The translations under genes were made by a program, and so were the position numbers. The notes beneath the pieces are model-generated. The model had not been told where the DNA came from, ran no database searches, and saw only the letters and a list, made by a program, of their open reading frames with translations. Below are positions 42,497 through 51,679 of a stretch of 64,000 bases of DNA, in pieces (positions within the stretch are counted from its first letter, which is position 1; every line of letters begins with the position of its first letter). The stretch covers positions 30,437 to 94,436 of the forward strand of contig JBGPFC010000013.1 of the NCBI GenBank assembly GCA_041483195.1, read 5' to 3'. This DNA comes from Candidatus Eiseniibacteriota bacterium (GTDB lineage Bacteria > Eisenbacteria > RBG-16-71-46).

Positions 42497-44917
42497 CTAC
42501 CTCGGCACCGGCGCGTCCTGCTGCTGTTGCTCGCCGCTCTGGCGCCGCGGCTTTTCTTCCGGCGGCTTGCCCCACGTCCAGGTGAGCGTGAACGAGAACC
42601 AGTGCGATCCCCACTGAGTCGAGCTCGTCTGCGCGTACGCGCTGTCCCCGGTCGTGGTCACGAATCGGGCGACGTTGAACGGGTTGCTGATCCACAGGCT
42701 GGCCCATGCGCTCTTCCCAAGCTTGAGGCGCAAGCCCAGGCTCGAATAGGTGTACGCCGAGACGCGCCCCTGCGCGAGCGTCTGCGCCGGGCTGTAGCGC
42801 AGGTAGCCCTGCAGGTCGAGGCTCTTCGTCGTCTTGAACACGGCATTGCCGTTGGCGGACCAGTTGGTCGCCTCCCGCCGGAACTGGCCGGAGAGGTTGC
42901 CCGCGTCGTGGTGTTCGCGGTAGACGCTCACGCTCATCGTGCCCCCGAGCCGCTTCGTCTGCCGCAGCGACGCCGTGAGGCTCGTGCCGAAGAAGCGAAT
43001 CGACGACGCGTTCAGCCACGTCGTGGTCGCGACGCCTGCCGCGTCGACCCGCGTGACCCGATCCCAGTTGTCGACGGTCTCGCGATAGTAGGGCGACATC
43101 CGCAGCGAGCCGCGCCCGCCGGTCCAGCTCGCGTCGAGGCTGTACGAGTGCGTGTACTTGGGCTGGAGGTACGGATTGCCGACGAAGCGGTTGAGCGAGT
43201 CGCTCGATGGCACGTCGGGGTTCAGGTAGGTCGCCGGAGGGCGCTCGATCCGCTTCGAGTAGGTCAGCCGCAGGTTGCGGCCCCTGCCGAAGTCCCACGC
43301 CGCGTTCGCGCTGGGGAAGAGGCTCCGGTATTCGTTCTCGAACCGTTGTCCCGCCGAGCGCGCGTCGAACGTGCGGTGGGCGGCCTCGGCGCGGGCGCCG
43401 ACCTGCAGCGACAGTCGGCGGATGGTGGAGCCCAGCGTGAGGTAGCCCGAGTGGTAAACCTCGCGATGGGAGTAGTCGCTCGCGTCGCTCAGCGGCGTGG
43501 AAACGAGGCTGCCGTCTTCGAAGAAACTCAGGCCGCTGGAGTTCGTGGTGGTGCGGGCCGAGCCGCGGTAGCCGCTCTCGAGCTTGCCGTGTGCGCCGAG
43601 CGGATGCGTGTCGTCGATCTGAAGCGAGCGCTCGTGATCTCCGTACGCGCCCCGCTGCCGCGACGCCTGGTCGCCCCGGCCCGCTGGCACGAGCGTGCGC
43701 GAGAATCCAAGGTCGCGGTTCTCGTTGTCCGTGTCGCTCTGCATGAATTCGATCTCGCGCTCGTCCTTGCCCTGCGAGACGAGGTGCTGGAAGCCCAGCG
43801 TGACGGAGTTCGTGGAGCCGGCGTAGTGGCCGGCGGAGCTGCGGTCGTAGCGGCTGGTCGCGACCTGCGCAGAGTCCAGCACGGTGGAGTAGTGCGTGAG
43901 GGCGGCGTTGTCGCTGGCGTTGAGCGAGCTGTTGATCGTGCCGTAGAGCGTGGAGCGCTTGCTGAGCGCGTAGTCGAGCGAGGCGTCGAACGCGCCGTAC
44001 CCGCTCGTGAAGTCGTAGTTCGAGGCCGACCCGAACTCGTTCACCGGGCGCGCGAGCAGGTTCCGGCGCGCGACGCCGCTCTGGTACTCGTAGCCGCCCC
44101 GCGATCCGTACACCCCGCTGAACAGCGTCACCGGCCCCTTCTGCCACGCGACGCGCGCGCCCGGGCCGCTGTAACGCTGGCCCGTCGTCAGATTGACGTT
44201 CCCGCTGAGTCCCAGGTCGACGTTGTCCTTGAGCACGATGTTCACGATCCCCGCCGTGCCCTCGGGGTCGAACTTCGCGGATGGGTTGGCAATCACCTCG
44301 ATCCGCTCGATGCGGCTGGCCGGGAACTGGCGAAGGTAGGTGGTGAGTGCGTCGCCCTTCATCGGCGCCGCGCGGCCGTTGAACTGGATGTTGACGCTCG
44401 AGCTGCCGCGCAGGCTGACGTGACCATCGATGTCGACGTCCAGCTCGGGGACGGTGCGCAGGACGTCGGTCGCCGTGCCCGACGTGGCCGCTGGCATGTC
44501 TTTCGTGAGGTAGATATTCCGGTCCGCCGCGACGATCGCGGTCGCGGTCTCGGTGCTGACCGAGACGCCCGGGACCGCGATCGGGCTGACCGCCAGCGCC
44601 TGAGTGCCCAGATCGAGATCCGGCGCCTGCTCGCTGAGCACGAGGTCCGCGCGCGTGAGCGAAACGTGTCCGAGCAGCGAGGCGCGCAGCAGGTAGCGCC
44701 CGGGCGGCAGCCCATCGAGATGGATGTGGCCATCGGCGGACGTCGATGCGTGCGCGACCACCGTCGAATCCGCGGCGCGCCGCACGACGACCTCGACCCC
44801 CGCCAGCGGTGAGTTGGCCGGCTTCTCGACGAACACGCCGGTGATGCTGCCGGCGCGTGAGGCCGCGGGCGAAGCCGCGACCGTGACGACGGCGGCTAGG
44901 ACGAGGAGGCGGCGCAT
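42497..44917 (-). CDS. TonB-dependent receptor / outer-membrane beta-barrel family protein
   Basis: Signal peptide, carboxypeptidase-like N-domain, plug (DVLRTVP...VSLRG...IERIEVIANPSAKFDPEG), GNPYLQP, FSFTLTWTWG. Confidence 0.9.
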   Translation of the reverse strand: MRRLLVLAAVVTVAASPAASRAGSITGVFVEKPANSPLAGVEVVVRRAADSTVVAHASTSADGHIHLDGLPPGRYLLRASLLGHVSLTRADLVLSEQAPDLDLGTQALAVSPIAVPGVSVSTETATAIVAADRNIYLTKDMPAATSGTATDVLRTVPELDVDIDGHVSLRGSSSVNIQFNGRAAPMKGDALTTYLRQFPASRIERIEVIANPSAKFDPEGTAGIVNIVLKDNVDLGLSGNVNLTTGQRYSGPGARVAWQKGPVTLFSGVYGSRGGYEYQSGVARRNLLARPVNEFGSASNYDFTSGYGAFDASLDYALSKRSTLYGTINSSLNASDNAALTHYSTVLDSAQVATSRYDRSSAGHYAGSTNSVTLGFQHLVSQGKDEREIEFMQSDTDNENRDLGFSRTLVPAGRGDQASRQRGAYGDHERSLQIDDTHPLGAHGKLESGYRGSARTTTNSSGLSFFEDGSLVSTPLSDASDYSHREVYHSGYLTLGSTIRRLSLQVGARAEAAHRTFDARSAGQRFENEYRSLFPSANAAWDFGRGRNLRLTYSKRIERPPATYLNPDVPSSDSLNRFVGNPYLQPKYTHSYSLDASWTGGRGSLRMSPYYRETVDNWDRVTRVDAAGVATTTWLNASSIRFFGTSLTASLRQTKRLGGTMSVSVYREHHDAGNLSGQFRREATNWSANGNAVFKTTKSLDLQGYLRYSPAQTLAQGRVSAYTYSSLGLRLKLGKSAWASLWISNPFNVARFVTTTGDSAYAQTSSTQWGSHWFSFTLTWTWGKPPEEKPRRQSGEQQQQDAPVPR

Positions 44918-44921
44918 GGGG

Positions 44922-45157
44922 TCATGGCCGGGCCCCCGCCTTCGCGACCTCGTCGCGCACGCGCTTCATCACCAGCTCCACCTCGTCGTCGTGCGTGTAG
45001 AAGTGCGGAGCGAGGCGCAGGCCGACGCCCGGGCGGAAGTCTAGCAGCACGTCGTCGGCCAGCAGCGCGGCGCACACCGCGTCGGCGTGCGGCACGTCGA
45101 GCACCACGGTGCCGCCGCGGAGCGCGTCCCCGAGCGGCGAGGTGACGCGCAGGCCGT
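44922..45157 (-). pseudogene. Orphan 3' fragment of the kynureninase-like gene (repeat of 53467-53687)
   Basis: 44937-45157 aligns ungapped with 53467-53687 (offset 8530, about 7 mismatches in 221 bp); ends VAKAGARP-stop, 4 nt before the TBDR ATG. Confidence 0.92.
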
Positions 45158-45164
45158 CTTGCCG

Positions 45165-45370
45165 GTATCGACGGTCTGGCGTCCCACCAGGTGGATGCGC
45201 GGCTCGCGCACGATCTTGAGCTCTCGGGTCTCGGTCGTTTCGGCCGCTGCCATGGCAGTCTCCTCGGGCGACTTGTGCAGTGGGCCGCGCTCTTCGCGCT
45301 CGTCATCGCGGCGGTGGGGCGAATCGCCCCGCGCGCGGCACTGTAGCAAAGCGCGCGCGGGCGAGGAAGA
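45165..45370 (-). pseudogene. Orphan thyX promoter/leader + first about 30 codons, copy 2
   Basis: Encodes MAAAETTETRELKIVREPRIHLVGRQTVDT versus METAAVTEKRELKIVREPRIHLVGRQTVDT in thyX; similarity stops abruptly. Confidence 0.92.
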
Positions 45371-45669
45371 CGCCAAGCAACCGGGGGACGTATCCATTCT
45401 GATTTTCAAGAGGGCGGAGGGCTCAGGGCCACGGCCCGGGACTGAACGCATCCGGAATTGCCATAATTTCAAGATCCTCTTCGGACAGATCGCCAAGCCC
45501 ATCGGATCGAGGGCAGAATCCCGGCGCGTGAGCCCCCTACGCCCCGGTGTTCAATGCGGCAATGATTTCGAGGAGGTGGTCGCCGGCCTTGGTTCTCAGC
45601 CTGAGCCTGTGAAATCTGTTCGTCACGAGCACCCCTTCGCGAGAGGGGGAGAACGAGTCACCCACCGAA

Positions 45670-45733
45670 CCGATGCTCCGCCGATGCACCGCCGATGCTC
45701 CGCCTTCTGCGATGATGCATCGTGCGCTATAGT
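45670..45733 (+). promoter_or_regulatory. Three tandem 11-bp repeats CCGATGC(T/A)CCG followed by a TATAGT -10 box
   Basis: Units at 45670, 45681 and 45692; TATAGT at 45728-45733, upstream of the DUF4236/TerY-P-like genes. Confidence 0.55.
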
Positions 45734-45795
45734 GTTCCAGCTAGCGTGTTGCTGCACGCGGGTTTTCCCGTGCTCATCCTGCGAGGAGCGCTTTC

Positions 45796-46122
45796 GTGGG
45801 TTGGCGTCTGCGCCGAGTATTACAGGCAGGTCCGTTTCGCGCGAATCTCTCGCGGAGCGGCGTTGGATGGAGTGTGGGAATCCCGGGGCTGCGCTATGGT
45901 CGCTCTCCAACCGGCATTCCCTACGTTTCGGTCGGCATTCCCGGAACCGGCGTCTACTTCATCAAGTACTTTGGACGCAGATTTCCATCAGCCACTCATC
46001 CCTCACTCGTGCCGCCCCCCGTGCTCTCGGGCCCTGCGGCCAAGACTCAACCACCAGCCAACGGCCCGAAGGCATCTACCCCTTGGTGGCGGTCATTCCG
46101 AAATCCCCCTGGAGCGCCCTAG
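45796..46122 (+). CDS. DUF4236-domain protein
   Basis: GAGGAG RBS, GTG start; GWRLRR...GPFRANLSRSGVGWSVG...GIPGTGVYF pattern. Confidence 0.8.
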   Translation: MGWRLRRVLQAGPFRANLSRSGVGWSVGIPGLRYGRSPTGIPYVSVGIPGTGVYFIKYFGRRFPSATHPSLVPPPVLSGPAAKTQPPANGPKASTPWWRSFRNPPGAP

Positions 46123-46142
46123 ACAAACCGCATGGAGGCCGT

Positions 46143-46979
46143 ATGCCCTACTCGGCAGAGATCAGCCGCGTACACCCGGGTTGCTTTCTCTTTCTCATCG
46201 ATCAGTCCGGCTCCATGCAGGATCCGATTCCTGATGGCACCGGACAACGAAAGAGCGAAGTCGTCGCGACGGCTCTGAATCGGCTGCTCCAGGAGCTGTC
46301 GCTTCGCTGCGCCCGCGAGGAGGGCATACGCGACTACTTCAATGTCTCTGTTCTCGGCTACGGCGCCTCAGTCGGTCCAACTCTCAGCGGGACACTGTCG
46401 GGGCGTGACATTGTGAAGCTGAGTGAAATTGCAAACGCGCCAGCCCGGATCGAGGATCGAACGAAACGCGAGTCCGACGGGGCGGGTGGCGTCTTTGAGC
46501 GTCCCATCAAACTGCCAATCTGGCTCGACCCTGTAGCCAATGGCGGCACGCCGATGACTGAAGCGCTGCGGCGAGGCACGGACATTCTTCGGGGCTGGGT
46601 CGACCAGAATCCTGCGTCATTTCCCCCGGTGGCCCTAAACCTGACCGATGGCGAGGCAACAGACGGCGATCCCACTGCCCAAGCCACTCAGCTAGCTTCC
46701 CTCGCGACCAACGATGGCCCGGCCATGCTCTTCAATCTCATGGTGTCCTCGGCTGGGGGCCAGCCGATCGTGTTTCCCGACAACGAGGGATCTTTGCCAA
46801 ATGACTACGCGAAGATGCTCTTCCGAATCTCGAGCTACCTGACCGATGCGATGCGCAACTATGCCCGCAGTCAGGGACTCTCAGCCACAGATGCCTCGAA
46901 GGGACTCGTGTACAACGCCGACGTTGTCTCTATCGTCCAGTTCTTGGACATTGGCACTCGCGGAACCGACTTGAGGTGA
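46143..46979 (+). CDS. vWA (TerY-like) domain protein
   Basis: GGAGG RBS; MIDAS DQSGS, GGTPM and TDG motifs. Confidence 0.85.
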   Translation: MPYSAEISRVHPGCFLFLIDQSGSMQDPIPDGTGQRKSEVVATALNRLLQELSLRCAREEGIRDYFNVSVLGYGASVGPTLSGTLSGRDIVKLSEIANAPARIEDRTKRESDGAGGVFERPIKLPIWLDPVANGGTPMTEALRRGTDILRGWVDQNPASFPPVALNLTDGEATDGDPTAQATQLASLATNDGPAMLFNLMVSSAGGQPIVFPDNEGSLPNDYAKMLFRISSYLTDAMRNYARSQGLSATDASKGLVYNADVVSIVQFLDIGTRGTDLR

Positions 46980-47773
46980 CGGCGTTGTCGTGCCGGGTTG
47001 TCACTTTGACGGTGGAGAAGGCTGGGAACAGGGCAGGACAATCGGATGACGCGGCTTGGCCGGCTCCCGCCGCGTACCCCCGCGACCTCCTGGAGCCGCA
47101 GGTCCGACTGGCGCTCGCCGACGGGGCAACTGAGAGTTACCTCGCCGGGCAATGGGCGCAGGTCCTCGTAGGCCAAGTCGGAGCAGACAAGCGAGCCCGA
47201 GTAGTCGACGCAGTTCAGTCGGCCCGAAGAAGATGGACTGGGCTTGTCGCCGACTATGTCGCCGACCGCGTCAAAACGTCGCGTCCGCTGCAGTGGTATG
47301 AAGAGCCAGCAATCGAGAGAGGTGCGGGAGCCACGCTCTTGGTTGTCGATCTCCACTTTCCCGGCGAACAAGCACGCCCTGCGAAGTGGAAGGCCTGCGC
47401 CATTGGAGATTCATGTGTCTTCATCGCCCGTGAGGGGCGTTTGGCGCGCCGCTTTCCCATGATGGCAAGTGCGGACTTCGGGACGCGACCGACTCTGGTG
47501 AGTTCACTGCAGACCGACCCCCTGATGCTGATCAAGCACATGCGGCACGCTCATGGGACCTGCCTTCCTGGGGACAACATGCTGCTGATGACAGATGCGC
47601 TTGCTCAATGGCTTCTTGATAGACCCCATCACCGTCGGGCGCGCGTCGGCGCCTGTCTGCGATGGCTCGAGGAGGCGCAGCCCGATGCTTTTCTCACTTG
47701 GATCACGGAATTGCGCGAGGCCGACGACCTGCGCAACGACGACACCACGCTGATACTCGTATCTATCGGCTAG
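46976..47773 (+). CDS. PP2C-like phosphatase (TerY-P type)
   Basis: GTGA overlap with vWA stop; SDDA, ALADGATES, AIGDSC, MTDAL and NDDTT motifs. Confidence 0.85.
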   Translation: MTALSCRVVTLTVEKAGNRAGQSDDAAWPAPAAYPRDLLEPQVRLALADGATESYLAGQWAQVLVGQVGADKRARVVDAVQSARRRWTGLVADYVADRVKTSRPLQWYEEPAIERGAGATLLVVDLHFPGEQARPAKWKACAIGDSCVFIAREGRLARRFPMMASADFGTRPTLVSSLQTDPLMLIKHMRHAHGTCLPGDNMLLMTDALAQWLLDRPHHRRARVGACLRWLEEAQPDAFLTWITELREADDLRNDDTTLILVSIG

Positions 47774-47816
47774 GACCACTGGAGGACGCAGGCTGACGGT
47801 TGGCCTGCGCGAGGCG

Positions 47817-50111
47817 ATGCCGGAGTCCAAGCGCACGATAACCTGTCCACGTTGCGGGCGAGCGCTCCGCGTCCCAAGCGGAATGGGCACACTCCGTGTG
47901 CGTTGCGTGGCGTGTAGTCACGAATTCGCTTGGTCCCCCCGACCAGCGGTAGTTCAGCTCCCGACCATCAGTGAGTACCGTGACGCGGTCTCCGACCCGT
48001 CCCACGCGTTTCGTGACGGAAGTCTACGCGCCTCGCGCCCGTTCACGGACAATCTTGGAATGCCCAAGGCGGTGAGTGGGAATTTTGCCGCCGTATTTCG
48101 GCTCTCCAACGACGCGGCGCCCGCCTACGCGGTCAAGTGCTTCACGCGGGCCGTCGAGAATCAACAGGCTCGCTACGCGGCCATCGCGCAAGCGCTCGAA
48201 CGCCTTTCTGTGCCATGGAGAGTCGCGTTCGAACACCTTCCCGAAGGTGTGCTGGTCCGCGGACAGTGGTTCCCGGTCCTGAAGATGGAGTGGATAGAGG
48301 GCAAGGGGCTACTTCAATACATTGATGTCCACGCATCGGAACGCACCCGTATGCTCGACCTCGCGCAGCGCTTCACGGCGATGACGCAGGACCTTGCGGC
48401 AAGCAATCTCGCGCATGGAGACTTGCAGCATGGCAACCTCATCATCTGCCCGGATGGCACCCTGAAGTTGGTCGACTATGACGGCATGTTCGTCCCCGGG
48501 TTGGAGCTGTTCGGAGCGAGCGATTGCGGTCATAGGCACTACCAGCCACCATCGCGGCGCCTGTCCGACTATGACGCGACTCTGGATCGGTTCTCGAGCT
48601 GGGTGATCCTCTGGTCACTCCTAGCAATCGCGGTGGACGGTGACATCTGGCGGGCAGTGCGGACTGAGGGAGTCGAGGCCATTCTCCTCCAGGAAGCCGA
48701 CTACGTTGACCCAGAGAGGTCAACAACCCTGTCAGTAATGCGCGACGGGGGCCAGAAACTACTGACGGGGATCGCCGACCAGATTTTGAAACTTGTCCGT
48801 ACGCCGCCGACCGCTATTCCGCCGCTAAGCGAATCCAGCCTCCCAACGCTTGCCCGCGAGATCCTGTCCAACCGGATTCCCTCTGTTTCTCGCATTCCTC
48901 CCTGGATCAAAGGTGGATCAGATCAGGCCGAGGGAGGTGGGGGCGCGGCAGTCTGGATGGAGTCGCATCTGGGAGCGCCCCTGCTGAGGCGATTCTCGGA
49001 CATCACACCAGTCATCCGGTGGTGCGTTCGACTTGGCATAGGGCTCGATGTAGCCGCGTCGGCAGGGTTCCTGTTCTTGCTGTCGCTCGCGCGTGCGGAG
49101 GCGCCTGCAGTCGGCACAGGCGTGCTTGCGCTGAGCGCAACCATCCTCGCGACTGTTGTGGCGCGCTATCAGCGAAGCCCGGAAAGACGGGAGAAACGCG
49201 TGCGGATACGGACCCTTGCTGACAAACGCAGGGCACTCGCGACTCTCACCGCACGAGTCTCGGAGCTCGATATCCAACTTGCCGGGCTGGGAGCATCAGA
49301 GGCGAAGGCGACGGAAGCGAACGAGATCAGGAAAAGGGCACTCGCGGCGGAAGAGACCCGCAAGCTCAAGGAAGCTGGCGACAGGCGAACCAAGGCCATT
49401 GTTGAAGCGGAACGCCAACTGTCTATCTTGACGACAGAGGAGATTGACGAACGCGCCAAGGCACTCAGTGCGCTTCGGGAAGCGCACGTTGCCGAGAGGC
49501 TCACACAGTACGATTTGTGGTCGGCGAGCGTCCCGGGGCTTGGCGACACGCTCAAGCCACGATTGGTTGCAGCTGGCTTGCGCACCGCCGCAGATTTCGT
49601 GGGAGTGTCGGCGACGACCTCCTACTCTGGGCGATACGCGAACACCAGGGCCTCCATCCGACTTAGAGGTGGCAGCACAATCTTCGTCGATGGCATCGGT
49701 CCCGCAAAGGCGGAGGCTTTGGATGCTTGGCGCGAGAAGTGTCGGCGGATCGCGCTTCATTTTGCTCCATCGCAGCTTTCTGGGGACGCTTCTGCCGACA
49801 TTGGTCGCAAGTACCGAGCCTCCCGAGATCCGCACGAAAGCAAGAGACAAGAAGCCGACAGCCTGCACTCGCGCGAGGTCGCGCGAGTGCGGGATGAGTC
49901 AACGAAAACGAGAATGGAACTGGAGGGTGAGCTTCGAGACTCAAGGGCGCAGCGAGAGAGACAGCGGGGCAACTCCAAAGCCGCTCGGGCAGAGGCTGAG
50001 AGGACAATGGCAGGAGCCCGCTGGGCCGCAATGCAGCATGAAAGAGAAGCGACGGCCTACAACGGAATCTCCTTCAAGCGTTACCTGAGAGAACTACTGT
50101 TTTCGACGTAA
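47817..50111 (+). CDS. Atypical Ser/Thr kinase with N-terminal Zn ribbon, two TM helices, coiled coil and HhH-like motifs
   Basis: CPRC...CVAC; SGNFAAVF, AVKCF, HGDLQHGN and VDYDG; VPGLG and VDGIGPAKA HhH-like motifs. Confidence 0.85.
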   Translation: MPESKRTITCPRCGRALRVPSGMGTLRVRCVACSHEFAWSPRPAVVQLPTISEYRDAVSDPSHAFRDGSLRASRPFTDNLGMPKAVSGNFAAVFRLSNDAAPAYAVKCFTRAVENQQARYAAIAQALERLSVPWRVAFEHLPEGVLVRGQWFPVLKMEWIEGKGLLQYIDVHASERTRMLDLAQRFTAMTQDLAASNLAHGDLQHGNLIICPDGTLKLVDYDGMFVPGLELFGASDCGHRHYQPPSRRLSDYDATLDRFSSWVILWSLLAIAVDGDIWRAVRTEGVEAILLQEADYVDPERSTTLSVMRDGGQKLLTGIADQILKLVRTPPTAIPPLSESSLPTLAREILSNRIPSVSRIPPWIKGGSDQAEGGGGAAVWMESHLGAPLLRRFSDITPVIRWCVRLGIGLDVAASAGFLFLLSLARAEAPAVGTGVLALSATILATVVARYQRSPERREKRVRIRTLADKRRALATLTARVSELDIQLAGLGASEAKATEANEIRKRALAAEETRKLKEAGDRRTKAIVEAERQLSILTTEEIDERAKALSALREAHVAERLTQYDLWSASVPGLGDTLKPRLVAAGLRTAADFVGVSATTSYSGRYANTRASIRLRGGSTIFVDGIGPAKAEALDAWREKCRRIALHFAPSQLSGDASADIGRKYRASRDPHESKRQEADSLHSREVARVRDESTKTRMELEGELRDSRAQRERQRGNSKAARAEAERTMAGARWAAMQHEREATAYNGISFKRYLRELLFST

Positions 50112-50406
50112 GCGTGTATTGTGAGAGGTTTCGGAGACGTAATCCCGCTTGGCGTTGCATCAACGATCGCTGCTGGGTTGGGACTCCTGCCGATGCCTTC
50201 GGGGTGTGCCCTACAGAATCTCGCATTCGTGTCGGACAATTGCGAAGGAAATGCATGGGCGCATCGCGCGTCGGGCCGTCCATGCCATCGGCCCCGTCAC
50301 GGGGCTTGGGAGCGAGCGCGGGACACGGCGCGGGTGAATCCGTCCTGGGGCTCCAAGGCGAAGGCCGTCGCGACCGGCGACGGCTGCCACCTTCTGAACG
50401 ACGCGT

Positions 50407-51612
50407 CTAGAGTGCGGACCACTTTCGCCGAAGGATGGGGCCGCGCGTGTCTGAGAGCCTGACGAGCCCGGCGCGATTCACGTCGAGGATGTCTTCGAAA
50501 CTGCGGCCCTGAGCTCGCACGCCGGCGGCAGCGAGCCGCCGGAGGAGGGCTTGAGCCTGATCGAGAAGGTCCCTGTGCGAAGTCACGGTTGCGTCGAAGG
50601 TGTCCTTCTCAGCCGAAATCGCTTGGTGACGCAAAGATGTTAGGTAGTGACGGAACGCAGCTTGTTCTGTGAATTGCATGGAGGAAGGTTGCGCTCCAGC
50701 GAACAGCGGCGCCACATAGCTCGTACTAATCCCCGGCCCGGGCAACATCGCGGCGAGCACTCCTTGCGCGTGCGCAAAGTCGAGGAACGGTATCTGGTAT
50801 TCAGACAGTGCCTGAGGGCAGTAGTACCAGGTTGAGCGCTGCCTGTTCTCATCCTCGTCCGGGCTCTGGAACTTGTCCGGCGGGAACGAGCGCACGTTCA
50901 TCCACGTTCCCGAGCAAATCGCTGTGGCCCGTGTGGTGGAAGCGAGGAGCATCTGCTGGTTGCAATAGCCGACAATCACGCGGGCACCGCGGAGGCGGAG
51001 ACCCGCGAGGAGATCGAGCACGTTCGACAACCAGATGGGGTCGTCGGAGAGATACCTACCGGCCGGATGCTCGCACACGACGTAATAGCCTGCGGGCGTC
51101 CACCCAGCCGTCCTCTCAAGGAGTGCTCCCATCTGGGCGGTGTTCCGAGACGCATCAGCGCCAAGCGCGATCGTCTGAATCAGCGGAAGTTCGCTATCCT
51201 GGGCTTGGGCCTCCTCGAGCGTCGCGCGTTGGGTTTCAAGCCAGTCATCATCCGCTGCTCCGGCTAGGATCCCGGGGAGAATGAACGCCGATGCCCCAAG
51301 CGCCCGGTTTAGTGCGAGGAGTCTTGAAATGAGCGTCGCCAGGGGCGGGCCATCCCAGAAAGCCCCGGTTTGGTAGTCGGCCGGCCAGTAATCGTGTGTG
51401 CGAAGTCTTTCGTGATCTGCGTGGGGGAGGTAGAACTGAGGATCTAGGAGCACTACTCCGCCGGGTAGTGCTCTTACCTGGCCCGCGAGTCGTGTGAGCT
51501 GCTGCGCCGTCAAGTCGCGAGGGCTCAAGACGACGGTGCCGCCTCCCCATTCGGTAAGAAGGTGGCGGGTGTGCTCCATCATCCCGTGGCCGAATTGCAG
51601 GTAGAGGTCCAT
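50407..51612 (-). CDS. Uncharacterised 401-aa alpha/beta protein (possible TIM-barrel), third gene of the nuclease-kinase operon
   Basis: Long ORF; alternating short hydrophobic strands and helices (LYLQFGHG, VVLSP, LLDPQFY, FILP, YYVV, VIVGY, ICSG); start at ATG 51612 inferred. Confidence 0.7.
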   Translation of the reverse strand: MDLYLQFGHGMMEHTRHLLTEWGGGTVVLSPRDLTAQQLTRLAGQVRALPGGVVLLDPQFYLPHADHERLRTHDYWPADYQTGAFWDGPPLATLISRLLALNRALGASAFILPGILAGAADDDWLETQRATLEEAQAQDSELPLIQTIALGADASRNTAQMGALLERTAGWTPAGYYVVCEHPAGRYLSDDPIWLSNVLDLLAGLRLRGARVIVGYCNQQMLLASTTRATAICSGTWMNVRSFPPDKFQSPDEDENRQRSTWYYCPQALSEYQIPFLDFAHAQGVLAAMLPGPGISTSYVAPLFAGAQPSSMQFTEQAAFRHYLTSLRHQAISAEKDTFDATVTSHRDLLDQAQALLRRLAAAGVRAQGRSFEDILDVNRAGLVRLSDTRGPILRRKWSAL

Positions 51613-51679
51613 TAGAGTCCGTGCTCGAGGAGAGGCAGAGGCAAGGGTCTTCTCCAGGCAGAGTCGTCCCAATCGGCGC

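Noticed and set aside
45041..45253. Functional ThyX-KynU fusion protein across the junction
   Set aside because: The two fragments are in different frames; the thyX frame runs into unrelated sequence and stops at 45041.
45423..45626. Minus-strand frame with an internal TAG at 45537-45539 (possible readthrough or pseudogene)
   Set aside because: Short, with no recognisable family and no recoding signals.
45670..45702. CRISPR-like or iteron array
   Set aside because: Only three contiguous 11-mers, with no spacers and no cas or rep gene.
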